Shown: positions 18,987 to 32,086, numbered from the stretch's first letter. The stretch: DNA of 64,000 nucleotides from a bacterium (GCA_041393395.1 JAWKKG010000003.1:640713-704712); one strand, 5' to 3'. Made by a program: numbers and translations. Notes: generated from the sequence alone by a model not told the origin.

Positions 18987-20729
18987 TTACATCTTCCGGC
19001 TGCGTTCGAGGGTGTCGGTCAGCGTCTCGACGATCCGCTTCTCCTCGGCCGTTTCCAGGTCGAGGATCTCGCGCAGGGCGATGCCGATGTGCGGGATGTA
19101 CTTCTCGATGTAGGCGCGCTTGCGGGCGGCGTCGCGCTCGCGCTGCCCGCGACGGATGTAGCGTCCGAGCTTGCGACCGGCGTCCTGCAGCGCGAGCTTC
19201 AGCTCCTTCAGGATCTCGTCGTAGCTCGCGACCGCTTCCTTGCTCTCGCTCGTGAACGGCACCCACACGCTCGCGACGTGGACGAGCAGCACCATCGGCG
19301 CCGCCGGCAGCGCGCCCCGACTCTGCTGCAGTCCGTACGAACGCCAGTTCGTCTGGAGGACCGCCTTCGTGATCGCGCAGGCACCCTGCTGGTACTGCAG
19401 CGGCACGCGATTCGCGAACCGGTGCAGCGAGCACAGCTCCTCGGCCGGGAGCTTCCCCCCGTACGCGAGGCCGACCTCGACCTGGAACGGGTTGCCGCGG
19501 TAGACGGAAGGCGTGCGCGTGACCGCCGTGACGAAGTCCGCGTTCATCTGCTCGGTGAGACTCGCCTCCAGACGCTCGGCGCCGATGGGGGAGAGGCAGT
19601 TCGTGGGCGGCGCGGGGATCTTGGTTCGCCGGATCGACGCGAGGAGCCGCTCCGCGGTCTCCGTGGTGAGTCGCTTCGGCGACGTCTCCGGCGAAAGCCC
19701 CGCTCCCTCCACGAGCGTCTCGGCCATCTTCGGTCCGACCCGGCTGAACTCGTGCTGGAAGAACGCCTTGAGCTGGCGCGACTTGGAGTCCAGCGCCATG
19801 CGCAGGAGCATGCCGAGCTCCACGCCGTAAGGATGTGGCTGGATCTCGAGCGCCTCCTCCGGGAGCGTGTCCGTCGCGCGCTCGAGAATCATCTCGGCGC
19901 CTTTCGGGTCCACGTAGCGGAGCCGGACGTGCGGATTCGCGAGCACGGTCTGACGAAGATACTCCTCGGTCCCGTGGCGTCCTCCCTTGTACACGCCTTC
20001 GAGCTCGATCTCCACGCGCGTGCCGTGTTCCTTGGGCCCCCAGTCCTTCTCCGTGTCCTTCTTGACCACGGGCTCGTTCTTGAGCGTGTCGATCACGAGC
20101 TCGAACCGGTGGGCCGGGCTCCGGCCGTCGATGCGGCTTTCGATCACGACCGGCTTGCCGGTCGTGAGCTGCCCGTACATGCCGGCCGCACTGATGCCGA
20201 TGCCCTGCTGGCCGCGGCTCTGTCGCAACCGGTGGAACTTCGAGCCGTACAGGAGCTTGCCGAAGATGCGCGGCACCTGCGCCTTCACGATGCCGGGACC
20301 GTTGTCCTCCACGACCACGCGGTAGCGGTTCTCCGAGACCGGACGGATCTCCACGAGCAGCTCGGGAAGGATCCCGGCCTCCTCGCAGGCGTCCAGCGAG
20401 TTGTCCACCGCCTCCTTGATCGTCGTGAGCAACGCCTTGGTCGGACTGTCGAATCCGAGCAGATGCCGGTTCTTCGTGAAGAACTCGGAGACCGAGATCT
20501 CGCGCTGCTGCGCCGCCATCGTGGTGGCGGTGGCCCGCGGGGCGTCGTCGCCCCTCTTGCGCGCGCCGCCCGCCCGCGGTTTCCGCGTCGCGGCCTTGTC
20601 GCCGGCCGGCTTCTCCGCGCGGGCGGAGCCCTTGGTCTTCGCCGCGCGTCCGCCGCCCCCTCCTCCGCCCTTCGCGGCGGCCTTCTGGGGGGACGAGATG
20701 CCGAGCTCGAGTTGGGTTGCGGGATTCAA
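18987..20729 (-). CDS. top6B: DNA topoisomerase VI subunit B (GHKL ATPase + transducer) with N-terminal Lys/Ala/Gly-rich tail
   Basis: Bergerat-fold motifs ([29 protein letters not shown]); TTG start preceded by GAGGAGG. Confidence 0.8.
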   Translation of the reverse strand: MNPATQLELGISSPQKAAAKGGGGGGGRAAKTKGSARAEKPAGDKAATRKPRAGGARKRGDDAPRATATTMAAQQREISVSEFFTKNRHLLGFDSPTKALLTTIKEAVDNSLDACEEAGILPELLVEIRPVSENRYRVVVEDNGPGIVKAQVPRIFGKLLYGSKFHRLRQSRGQQGIGISAAGMYGQLTTGKPVVIESRIDGRSPAHRFELVIDTLKNEPVVKKDTEKDWGPKEHGTRVEIELEGVYKGGRHGTEEYLRQTVLANPHVRLRYVDPKGAEMILERATDTLPEEALEIQPHPYGVELGMLLRMALDSKSRQLKAFFQHEFSRVGPKMAETLVEGAGLSPETSPKRLTTETAERLLASIRRTKIPAPPTNCLSPIGAERLEASLTEQMNADFVTAVTRTPSVYRGNPFQVEVGLAYGGKLPAEELCSLHRFANRVPLQYQQGACAITKAVLQTNWRSYGLQQSRGALPAAPMVLLVHVASVWVPFTSESKEAVASYDEILKELKLALQDAGRKLGRYIRRGQRERDAARKRAYIEKYIPHIGIALREILDLETAEEKRIVETLTDTLERSRKM

Positions 20730-20864
20730 GGAGCCTCCTCGGTTGCGGGGCCGCGGGCCGCGTCGGCGGGCACGCGGGGCCCGGGCATTCGCGGCATCCT
20801 ATCCACGCGACGCGAGGCTGTCACGCCCTGGCCGTCGCGTCGGCCGGCGCGCTACGCTGTCACC

Positions 20865-21851
20865 ATGAGTCCCGAAGACGCGCCCCGACGCTACGACCTG
20901 TCCTGCCGCGTGGATCCGTATCGCGATGGCTGGACCCTCGCCAACTTCCTCGCGCACCGGTTTCGCTACCACCCGCCCGAGCAGTGGCGGGAGCGGCTCG
21001 CGGCCGGCGTCGTGCGCGTGAACGACACGGTGGCCGGCGCCGAGACGACCGTCCGCAAGGGAGATGTCGTCCGCTACACGATCTGGCACGCGGAGCCCGC
21101 CGTCGACTTTCGCTACGAGATCCTCCTCGACGACCCGGCGGTGCTCGCCGTGGCGAAGTCCGGGAACCTCCCGGTCCACGCCGGCGGCAAGTTCCTGAGC
21201 CACACCCTGATCGCCCGCCTGCGGGAGGATCTCGCGGAGCCGGAGCTTCGCCTCGTGCACCGGCTCGATCGCGAGACGTCCGGGGTGGTGCTGCTGGCGC
21301 GCACGACCGAGGCCGCTCGCGCGCTCGAGGTGCAGTTCCGCGAACGGACGGTGGAGAAGGAGTACGTCGCCGTGGTTCGCGGGCTCCTCGAGCGCGAGCT
21401 CGCCGTGGACGGGCCGATCGCACGACGCGAACCGGCAGAGCCTCCGTACTTCCGGGTGGTCGCGGCGGGCGGAAAGCCCGCGCGAACGACGTTCGTGCCC
21501 CGGGAGACCGGCGACGTGTCATCGGGCCCGGTCACCCGGGTGGAGGTCCGCCCCGACGGCGGTCGCACCAATCAGATCCGCGTACACGCCGCGCACGTCG
21601 GACACCCGCTTCTCGGCGACAAGATCTATGGAGTGGAGCCCGCACTCGCGCGTCGGTTCGTGGCCGAGGGCGAGTTTCCGGATCTGCTGGCGGCGGCCGG
21701 CGCGCCTCGACACCTGCTGCACTGCCGCTCGCTCTCGTTCGCCCACCCGACCACCGGCGCGTGGCTCCGGTGCGAGGCGCCGGAGCCCGCCGATCTGCTC
21801 GCGCCGTTCGGGCCCCCCGGGCCCGCGATCGGCCGTGGAGCAGCCGCGTAG
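20865..21851 (+). CDS. RluA-family pseudouridine synthase
   Basis: HRLDRETSGVVLLA catalytic Asp motif, GRTNQIRVH motif, N-terminal S4-like region. Confidence 0.85.
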   Translation: MSPEDAPRRYDLSCRVDPYRDGWTLANFLAHRFRYHPPEQWRERLAAGVVRVNDTVAGAETTVRKGDVVRYTIWHAEPAVDFRYEILLDDPAVLAVAKSGNLPVHAGGKFLSHTLIARLREDLAEPELRLVHRLDRETSGVVLLARTTEAARALEVQFRERTVEKEYVAVVRGLLERELAVDGPIARREPAEPPYFRVVAAGGKPARTTFVPRETGDVSSGPVTRVEVRPDGGRTNQIRVHAAHVGHPLLGDKIYGVEPALARRFVAEGEFPDLLAAAGAPRHLLHCRSLSFAHPTTGAWLRCEAPEPADLLAPFGPPGPAIGRGAAA

Positions 21852-21951
21852 GGGGTTTTCCGGACCCCCTTTGTCCGGGATTTCCCCTGCGGGACGCGGT
21901 ATCTTCGGAAATCCGAAACCCTGGAATCCGAGCCGAAACCGAGGGCGAACC

Positions 21952-24311
21952 GTGAAAACGATGATGAAAGAGGATCTCGAAGCCCGGTTGGAGGAGCTCT
22001 CCGGGCACTGGGAGCAGTGGGAGAAGGTCAAGGACCTCGTCGACTCCATGATCGACATGATGCTGAACTACCGGCAGAGCGGTCACCCCGGCGGCTCCCG
22101 GAGCAAGGTGCACCTCCTCGTGACGACCCTCCTCGGCGGCGTCATGCGCTGGGACGTCCGTCATCCCGAGAAGGCGTACGGCGACAAGTTCATCCTCGTG
22201 GCCGGCCATACCGTGCCCCTCGTGTACGCCACGCTCACGGTCTTCTGCCACGCGCTGCGTCTGAAGTACGAGAAAACCGGCGATCCGCGCTACCGGATCG
22301 AGAATCCGGAAGAGCGCTCCATGATGTGGGAGGACCTGCTCGATCTCCGGCGGAACGGTGGCCTCGCCGGACACGCCGAGATGGAAGGCAAGACCCTCTT
22401 CTTCAAGTTCAACACGGGCCCCTCGGGGCACGGCTCTCCCGCGGCGGCCGGCGAGGCGATCGCGCTGAAGCGCGCGGGCGCCGGCGACGTTCGCGTGTAC
22501 GCGTTCGAGGGCGAGGGCGGACTGACCGCCGGTGCCTCCCACGAGACGCGGAACACCGGCTGGGGCCTCGGCCTCGACAATCTCGTGTACGTCGTGGACT
22601 GGAACGACGAAGGCATCGACCCGCGACGTTGCTCCTCCGTCGTCTACGGTTCCCCGCGTGACTGGTTCGGTTCGGCCGGATGGAAGGTCACGGCCGCGGA
22701 GAACGGCAGCGACTGGGCCGACGTGAGCCGCGCGCTGCTGGAGGGTGTGCACGGCGCGAACGAGGGACACGTGCCCGTGTGCGTGTACGGCAAGACGCTG
22801 AAGGGTCGCGGCTACCCCACGACCGGCTACAAATCGCACGGCGCCGCCGCGCCGCAGAACGGAGAGGGTTACTGGAAGGTCCGGCGCGAGTTCACGGAGA
22901 AGTACGGCATCGAGTTCGAGGGCCAGGATCAGCCGGCGCCCACGGACGCGGCGACGTTCCGCGCGCAGGTCGCGACGAACCTCCAGCGCGCCCTCTCGCT
23001 GTTCGAGCGCGATCCGAAGCTGCTCGACTACCTGGCCGATCGGCTGGTGGAGATCGGCGACTCCGTTCCGCAGACCGTGAAGGGCGCGAAGATCGATCCT
23101 GCCGTGACGCCGTTCGAAGACACGGAGTTCTGGGACTACGAGAAGTACCCCAGGGAGATGTGGCTGGAGCCGGGGAAGAAGGGTCCGAACCGCGGCGCGT
23201 TCTCGCAGTGGGGTGCGTACGTGAACGCGCTCGGTCGCAAGAAGTACGGGCGCCCGCTGTTCCTCGCGATGTCGGCCGATCTCGCGGACTCCACGAACAT
23301 CTCGGGGTTCGCGAAGGGCTTCGGCGACCTCGAGGGCTGGGGCTGGTACGACCGCAACGAGAACCCCGACGGCGCGCTGCTGCCGCAGGAGATCACCGAG
23401 TTCACGAATTCGGGCGTCTCCGTGGGCATCGCGTGCGTGAACGTGCACCCGCAGCCGTTCGAGAAGTTCAACGGGTTCTATTCCGCCTGCTCCACGTACG
23501 GATCGTTCTCCTATCTCAAGTACGGTCCGATGCGTCTGTTCAGTCAGATCGCCCAGGACTCGGACATCCAGGTCGGGAAGGTGCTCTGGGTCGCGGGCCA
23601 CTCGGGACCGGAGACCGCGGAGGACTCGCGCACGCATTTCGGGATCTTCGCACCCGGTGTCACGGATCTGTTCCCCGAGGGCCACATCTGCAACCTGCAT
23701 CCCTGGGAGCACAACGAAGTGCCGGTCGTGCTCGGCGCGGCCTTCGCCTCGAAGTTCCCGATCATCGCGCTGCACCTCACGCGGCCGGCCGTGAAGATCC
23801 CGGATCGCGAGGCGCTCGGCGTGGCCCATCACTTCGAGGCGGCACGCGGCGCGTACCTCATCCGCGACTGGGAGAAGGGCAAGCCGCGCGTGGGCACCGT
23901 GCTCGTGCAGGGCACCATGACCACGGCGAATCTGTTCGAGGTGCTGCCGGAGATCGACAAGGCGGGCCTCAATGTCCGCATCGTGGCCGCGATCAGCCCG
24001 CAGCTGTTCGCGCTGCAGTCCGCGTCCTACCGCGAGCGCATCCTGCCGGCGTCGGCGCAGGCGGATCTCATGGCCGTCTCCAACCGTTCCAAGCGACTGC
24101 TGTGGGACTGGGTGAAGAATCCGATCGCGTACGAGTACTCGCTCACGTCCGACTGGGACGATCGCTGGCGCACCGGCGGCTCCGTCGACGAGGTCCTGGC
24201 CGAGGCCAAGCTCTCTCCCGACGATATCCTGGCCGGCATCGAGCGGTTCGTGCGCGAGCGGCCCCGTCGCCTCGCTCGGGCTCGGGATCTCCTGAACGAG
24301 CTCGACGCGGG

Positions 24312-24315
<4 letters not shown>
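21952..24315 (+). CDS. transketolase-family thiamine-diphosphate enzyme, atypically long (787 aa)
   Basis: GAGGG before GTG; TK signature SGHPGGS and GH..PL.YA; [13 protein letters not shown]-site region; lacks canonical TK length, insertions present. Confidence 0.7.
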
Positions 24316-26671
<2,356 letters not shown>

Positions 26672-26764
26672 GCCCGCCGGTCTTCGCCGCGTGCGAGGGG
26701 AAGAAAGAGGGCCCCGTCCCGGAGGACGGGGCCCTTCGTGTCGCGGAACCGAACCGAGGACCGA

Positions 26765-27508
26765 CTAGCGGTACAGGTTCTTGATCGTGCCCCAGGTCTG
26801 CGAGTCGACCGAAGTCGTGCAGGACAGACCCACGTCGATCACCAGCTGCGCATCGCAGACGCCGTCGTTCAGGGCCGAGCCCGGGCAGAGCGGCGAGGTG
26901 GCCGTACCGTAGTAGAACGAGTGGTTCTCCCGGTTCGACGGGAAGCACGTGCCGCACGCAGCCGGACCGGTCGGGCCGACGGCCGGGTGGTCCGTGGCGA
27001 TCGCCATCGGATTGGGGATCGACGCGTTGCTGGTCTCGTACACGATCGCGAACGACGCGTCCGGAACGACCGTGCCCGACCAGCTGACCTGGTTCCAGCC
27101 GGAGATGGGCAGGTACGCCTGCGTCGCGACCGGCGCGCCCGCCGGGCAGCCGTTCAGGTCCGCGTCGTACACGTGGAAGTTGCCGGTAAAGCCGTAGCCG
27201 GACGGAGCGCCCGTCGTGAACAGCGCGAACATGTCGTTGAGGGCCGTCGTGTTCTGCGCGCAGCACGAGTCGAAGGACACGCCGAACTGGTCGCCGGGCG
27301 ACCAGCCGCTCCAGATCCAGATCCATCCGGTGCAGATGTTGTAGTACACGACGGAGCAGCTCGTGGCGCCACCGCGCCAGCCGTCCTGCTGCACGCCGTC
27401 CTTGTCGATCGCGAGGGCGCTCGTCTTCTCGAGAGCGATGCCCGGAGTCGCGAACGCGAGCACGGCGATCATCGCCGTCGCGGAAATCCACTGAAACGCA
27501 GTCTTCAT
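26765..27508 (-). CDS. hypothetical secreted Cys/Trp-rich protein
   Basis: GAGGAG before ATG; signal peptide MKTAFQWISATAMIAVLAFATPGIALE; 14 Cys. Confidence 0.6.
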   Translation of the reverse strand: MKTAFQWISATAMIAVLAFATPGIALEKTSALAIDKDGVQQDGWRGGATSCSVVYYNICTGWIWIWSGWSPGDQFGVSFDSCCAQNTTALNDMFALFTTGAPSGYGFTGNFHVYDADLNGCPAGAPVATQAYLPISGWNQVSWSGTVVPDASFAIVYETSNASIPNPMAIATDHPAVGPTGPAACGTCFPSNRENHSFYYGTATSPLCPGSALNDGVCDAQLVIDVGLSCTTSVDSQTWGTIKNLYR

Positions 27509-27911
27509 CCCCAATCTCCTCGCTGAGACGGAAGTTCGTCGAACGCTGCGGTCCGCCGACGGTTCACTCGCCGCCACTCTGACGCGCCCGCCGGAGCCGG
27601 CATCGTCCGACCGCTTCCCTCCCTATCGGCAACTTTCGCACCGGCTTGACGCTCCGCAAAGGGAGGTTTCCGAGAAGGTTCGTAACTGGCAGTAAAAACA
27701 AGAGCTTTGCCGATTCTTGCCGGGTATCGCGACGACTCGCGGGCGGACGGACCGCGAACGAACGGGCGTGCCCCCTCGCGTTCGCGGCTCCCGGGCGCGC
27801 CCGAGTCCGGGGCGGCCCGGGTCGCAGTATCCGGAGCACGCGTCCGCGCGCGCAGAGCGAACACTCATTGCGGTGGAATCGAGCGTCGCCGCGCGAAAGA
27901 TCGTGTGCATC

Positions 27912-27941
27912 TTGACGGTCTCGCGGCGAGATCTCTATCAT
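27912..27941 (+). promoter_or_regulatory. sigma-70-like promoter TTGACG-N18-TATCAT
   Basis: Near-consensus hexamers with 18-nt spacer in otherwise GC-rich intergenic DNA; no CDS follows for ~300 nt. Confidence 0.35.
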
Positions 27942-27947
27942 GGAAAC

Positions 27948-28191
27948 GTCGGCGCGAGCCGACACGTCGGATGGAACCCTGCGATGCGCGATCAGGAGTC
28001 TTGGTATTTTTATCCTAATGCTGATTGAAGGGGGGCCTCACATTCGGCTGGGACGCCGACTGCCTTCGCGGCGAGTCGGCTGAACGGGTCGTGCGGGCTC
28101 CCACCTTGACCTTCGGGTCAGGTCCTTGGCTTCGAACGGCAAAGCGGGGCATCCGATCGGAGAGGGCGCGAGCGATCGCGCCCTTTTCATT
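27948..28191 (+). ncRNA. candidate ~240-nt small RNA or cis-regulatory leader (promoter to intrinsic terminator), contains AT-rich island TTGGTATTTTTATCCTAATGCTGATTGAAGGGGGG
   Basis: Bounded by predicted promoter and a canonical hairpin+U-tract terminator; no convincing ORF; family not recognised. Confidence 0.3.
28164..28191 (+). terminator. rho-independent terminator GGGCGCGA-GCGA-TCGCGCCC + TTTTCATTT
   Basis: 8-bp GC stem, tetraloop, U-rich tail; ~57 nt upstream of hydrolase start. Confidence 0.55.
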
Positions 28192-28248
28192 TCCGCCCGC
28201 AACCGACTCTCCCGTGACCGATTCTCCCGTGACCGAGGACGGATCCGC

Positions 28249-29022
28249 ATGAGGTCGACGTCCGCGATCGAGCACACGGGGAGCGTGCGCGCCTGGATCG
28301 AGCAGGAAGTCCAGGAGAACGTGCCTCCCGCGCAGCGATCGTTCGCGCGGGGTGACGTCGAGGATCCGGCATGTCCGATCCTGTTCCTTCACGGGGGCGG
28401 AGGCGGGCCGGCCGACTTCCATCCGCTGGCGCGCGCGCTCGGAGCGCCGACTCTCTGTCCGCTGCTGCCGGCCCATGGTCGCGGGGAGGACGCGCTCGCC
28501 GCACTGACGTTCGATTCGCTGGTGATCCGCGCGCGGGAGGCGTACGACGTTCTCGCGGCGTCGGGTCGCTCACCGCTCGTCGTCGCGCAATCGCTGGGCG
28601 CGATCGTCGCGGTGCGTTTGCTCGCGGACCGCCCGGCGGCGGGACTCGTCGCGCTCGCGCCCGCGCTTCGTCCGCGCACGGCGCGCCGCGCGGTCGGGGT
28701 GCTGCGGACGTTGCTCGTCTCGCCCCGACGCGCGTTCGGAAGCTACCGCTGGCAGACCGAGGCCCGGCGCGCGATCCGGGCGACCCCGCCGCGACTCGCG
28801 GGCCTGCGCTGCCCGCTGCTCGTCCTCGTCTCGACCGACGATCCCACGGTGTCGCCGGCGGGTGCGCGCGCGTTCCACGACCTCGCGGCCGCGGAAGACA
28901 AACAGCTCGTGGTTCTCGAGGGCCAGGGGCACGTGCTCTCCGCCGCGCCCGACCTGGAGACGGTCGCCGCTCCGATCCGCGAGTTCCGGGCCCGGGTCGG
29001 GGCGAGCGTCGCCACGTTCTAG
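28249..29022 (+). CDS. alpha/beta-hydrolase-fold esterase/lipase
   Basis: HGGGGG oxyanion region, nucleophile elbow AQSLG, C-terminal GHV; preceded by two tandem 15-nt repeats CTCCCGTGACCGATT. Confidence 0.8.
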   Translation: MRSTSAIEHTGSVRAWIEQEVQENVPPAQRSFARGDVEDPACPILFLHGGGGGPADFHPLARALGAPTLCPLLPAHGRGEDALAALTFDSLVIRAREAYDVLAASGRSPLVVAQSLGAIVAVRLLADRPAAGLVALAPALRPRTARRAVGVLRTLLVSPRRAFGSYRWQTEARRAIRATPPRLAGLRCPLLVLVSTDDPTVSPAGARAFHDLAAAEDKQLVVLEGQGHVLSAAPDLETVAAPIREFRARVGASVATF

Positions 29023-29774
29023 CTCGGGAGATCGAATCCGAAGTCCGGATCGGCCCGCTGAAGGCGCTGGACGGCCTCGTCCAGGCGACGACGATTCCCC
29101 TCCTCCGGATTCTGGTGCCAGGCCCAGTAGGCGTCGAGAAACTGATCGCGGAGGTCGGCCACGGAACCCGGCTCGGGCTCGGGAAGATCCGGACCGGCCG
29201 GCGGCAGTGCGCCGAGAACGTCGTCGCGCAGGCGCTCGTAGAGGTGGAAGTACTCGCCACGCATGTGGAACAGCACGTCGACGTAGCGCTCGAAGTCCCG
29301 GGACAGATGCGCGAGTACTTGCGCGAACGCGGGGGAGACCGCGGGCAGACGCTCCAGATACGAGGCGGCGTAGTGGTAGTACGCCTTGCCGCGACCGATG
29401 CGCTCGCGCGCGGTGCCGTCGAACTCGCGCCGACCCTCCCGCGCGACGTACGGGGTGTCCGTGAACAGACTCGTGGAGAGCAGCAGTTGATCGGCCGTCG
29501 CGCGATACACGGCGCACTTGTGGCGCGGATCGCCGCTGTCCTTCACCGCGTGGAACACGTCGATGTCGCGTTCCGGACCCGCGAGGAGCGAGTGACCGAG
29601 GACGAGGCGGGACAGCAGGTGAACGAGGTAGATGTTCACCTCCTCGTCGTACTGCCGCTGGTTGGATTCGAATCCGCAATCGATGCGGGATCGCAGCAAC
29701 GCGTCGAGAACGAAGTACGCGGTCCGTTCCTGACCGTCGCGCGGTCCCATCTCCCAGTACGACGAGTCCAGCAT
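29019..29774 (-). CDS. hypothetical protein (251 aa), no recognisable domain
   Basis: GGAGGTG before ATG; coding-like composition; convergent with hydrolase gene. Confidence 0.6.
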   Translation of the reverse strand: MLDSSYWEMGPRDGQERTAYFVLDALLRSRIDCGFESNQRQYDEEVNIYLVHLLSRLVLGHSLLAGPERDIDVFHAVKDSGDPRHKCAVYRATADQLLLSTSLFTDTPYVAREGRREFDGTARERIGRGKAYYHYAASYLERLPAVSPAFAQVLAHLSRDFERYVDVLFHMRGEYFHLYERLRDDVLGALPPAGPDLPEPEPGSVADLRDQFLDAYWAWHQNPEEGNRRRLDEAVQRLQRADPDFGFDLPS

Positions 29775-29977
29775 GATTCACCTCCGGCGCTCGACCCCGC
29801 CGCGCCTCGCGGAGGCGCTCCGGCGGTCGTTCCCGGGTCCTTCCCGTGCAAGTGCGGTGCCAGGAGCTCCCCGGTGTCGACGAGCCGCACTTACGCTAGA
29901 TTCTAGCAAAGGAACCGTGCAGGCCGAGCGCGGGTTCCGGTCCGGCGTCGTGCGGAGCGAGTCATGGCAGTCGCGTT

Positions 29978-30859
29978 TTGCGAATCGTGGGCGGGCTTGT
30001 GAAAAGTCGAACGAACGAAGGACGAGAAGGGGGAAACCAGGCCGCCCCTCGCGCGCGCCTCGGATTCCTGCAGCTGCGGCCCCGCTTCGGGCGCCCGGAG
30101 GAGAATCTCGCTTCCGCGGCGGCGGCGATCGAGCGCGCGCCGGAGTTCGACGTTCTCGTGCTCCCGGAGCTGTTCGCGAGCGGCTATGCGTTCCGCGACC
30201 GCACGGAGGCGTTCGCGCTGGCCGAGGACGAAGACGGTCCGACGACCCGCTTCCTGCGGGAGATCGCCGCGCGTCGAGGGGCGTGGCTTGCCGCGGGGTA
30301 CGCGGAGCGGGACGGGGGCGCCCTCTACAACTCGGCTCGCCTGGTCGGCCCTCGCGGGGAGACCTTTCTCTACCGAAAGGTCCATCTGTTCGATCGCGAG
30401 CGTGAGATCTTCGATCCCGGCGATCGACCGTTCCGGGCGGTCGACCTCCGGGTCCCCACGGGCGTGCTGCGGGCCGGTTTGATGATCTGCTACGACTGGC
30501 GCTTCCCCGAGTCGGCGCGATCGCTCGCCCTCGACGGGGCGGAAGTGCTGCTCCACCCCTCGAACCTCGTGCTGCCGAACTGCCAGGACGCGATGATCGT
30601 GCGGTGTCTCGAGAATCGTGTGTACTCCATCACCGCGAACCGGACGGGCGTGGACGACCGCGGCGACTTCTCGATCGAGTTCACCGGGCGGAGTCGGATC
30701 GTGGGGCCGGACGGTGCCGTGCTCGCGACCGCGCCCATCGACGCGGACGCGCTGGAGATCGTGGACGTGAATCTCGCGCCGGCGCGCGACAAGCGAATCA
30801 ACACGCGCAACGATCTCTGGCAGGACCGAAGGCCGGAGGCGTATCGCCCCGACCGGTGA
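29978..30859 (+). CDS. carbon-nitrogen hydrolase (nitrilase-superfamily) amidohydrolase
   Basis: Catalytic triad contexts LPELF (Glu), RKVHLF (Lys), MICYDWRFPE (Cys); start uncertain. Confidence 0.8.
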   Translation: MRIVGGLVKSRTNEGREGGNQAAPRARLGFLQLRPRFGRPEENLASAAAAIERAPEFDVLVLPELFASGYAFRDRTEAFALAEDEDGPTTRFLREIAARRGAWLAAGYAERDGGALYNSARLVGPRGETFLYRKVHLFDREREIFDPGDRPFRAVDLRVPTGVLRAGLMICYDWRFPESARSLALDGAEVLLHPSNLVLPNCQDAMIVRCLENRVYSITANRTGVDDRGDFSIEFTGRSRIVGPDGAVLATAPIDADALEIVDVNLAPARDKRINTRNDLWQDRRPEAYRPDR

Positions 30860-31315
30860 CGTCAACCGCGGAAGACAGCATTCTCCCGAAAGTCGACACT
30901 CGGGGCGTCGCGCGCTGTCGTGCCTCGTCGCAAGTGCTTCCGCTCGGGACGTTTGCGAGTCTCCGGCGGTTCCGCGCTTCCGGGCCCGCGGCTTGCAATG
31001 CGATGCCTCGTCGGCTCGGGCGACGCCGGCGGCGATCCGCGGGCACGGATCCTCGCCACCCGGGCCGGCCCGGATCTCGGAGACGGCGGAGGGCGTTGGC
31101 CAGGCCCTTTGCCGAACCGGGACCCGGGGTCGTGCCGGGAGCGTTCCGAGAGGAGAGTCCTCGCACCGGAGGCGTAGCCGGGGAGATGCGCCTTTCGGTC
31201 GGGACGCTCCCGGCCGTTCGGGGAGTCCGGCGGACCGTGCAACGCAAGGCACGACGGACGTGCGGCGGAGTGTGCGGCGGAGTGTGCGGCGGAACGCGAC
31301 GAGCCCGGTGCCGGA

Positions 31316-32086
31316 CTACGACGTCTCGCTCTGCTGCTCCATCGCGGCGGCGAGAGTGGCGCGCAGCGTCTCGCGCGTCAGATTGCGCGTGAGCCGACCA
31401 CCCTTCGCGTGCGAAACGGTGCCCGTCTCCTCGGAGACCACGATCACGTCGACGTCGGTCTCTTCCGAGATTCCCAGCGCGGCGCGGTGGCGGGTGCCGA
31501 GCGTGCGGGACAGTCGGGGATCCTGGGTCAGCGGAAGGATGCACCCCGCTGCGAGAATCTGATCGCCCTGGATGATGACGGCGCCGTCGTGGAGGGGGCT
31601 GCGCGTCTGGAAGATCGAGAGCAGCAACTCCTCGCTGATTCGCGCGTGGAGCGGTGTGCCCGTCTCGATCACGCCCTTCAGCCCGCCCCCGCCGAGAATC
31701 ACGATCAGCGCCCCGGTGCGCGAGTCCGCCATCTCGAAGACAGCGCTCACGAGGGTGCCCGCCGCTTCGCTCACGCGCGTGCGCGAGACGAACGGTCGCA
31801 CGATCGGATTCTGGCCGAGCGTGGAGAGGGCGCGTCGCAGCTCGGGCTGGAACACGATGAGGAAGCCGATCAACCAGATGGTCTTGAGGCTGCTGATGAT
31901 CCAGTTCAGGCCGTGAAGACCGAGGAATCCGGCGAGGAATCCGGCGCCGATGATCACGAGCAGTCCGAGGAACATGGTCACCGCGCGGGTCGAGCGGATG
32001 AACATGTACAGCTTGTAGAAGAGGACCGTCACGATCCCCACGTCGAGCACGTCGAGCGCCCAGTGATTGCCGAGGAAGCTCAGCAC
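31316..32086 (-). CDS. cdaA: diadenylate cyclase (c-di-AMP synthase), membrane-anchored
   Basis: 3 N-terminal TM helices; DAC motifs DGAVII, GTRHRAALGIS, SEETG. Confidence 0.85.
   Translation of the reverse strand: MLSFLGNHWALDVLDVGIVTVLFYKLYMFIRSTRAVTMFLGLLVIIGAGFLAGFLGLHGLNWIISSLKTIWLIGFLIVFQPELRRALSTLGQNPIVRPFVSRTRVSEAAGTLVSAVFEMADSRTGALIVILGGGGLKGVIETGTPLHARISEELLLSIFQTRSPLHDGAVIIQGDQILAAGCILPLTQDPRLSRTLGTRHRAALGISEETDVDVIVVSEETGTVSHAKGGRLTRNLTRETLRATLAAAMEQQSETS

Noticed and set aside
17652-20864. Upstream 3.2 kb of the 1399-aa plus ORF ending at 21851
   Set aside because: Antisense to top6A/top6B; only the final 987 nt (RluA-family gene from ATG 20865) are coding
21532-23832. 766-aa minus-strand ORF
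   Set aside because: Antisense to transketolase-family gene; low-complexity R/G/H-rich translation
28080-28150. Possible SRP (4.5S) RNA because of GGUCAGGUCC-like string
   Set aside because: Downstream sequence does not continue into the conserved GGAAGGAAGCAGCC domain-IV motif
30860-31315. Possible ncRNA (RNase P-like GAGGAGAGUCC) and tandem GTGCGGCGGA repeats in 456-bp gap between convergent nitrilase and cdaA genes
   Set aside because: Only a partial resemblance to the P4 motif; no supporting secondary-structure elements recognised; left as unexplained GC-rich spacer with a short tandem repeat (31261-31295)
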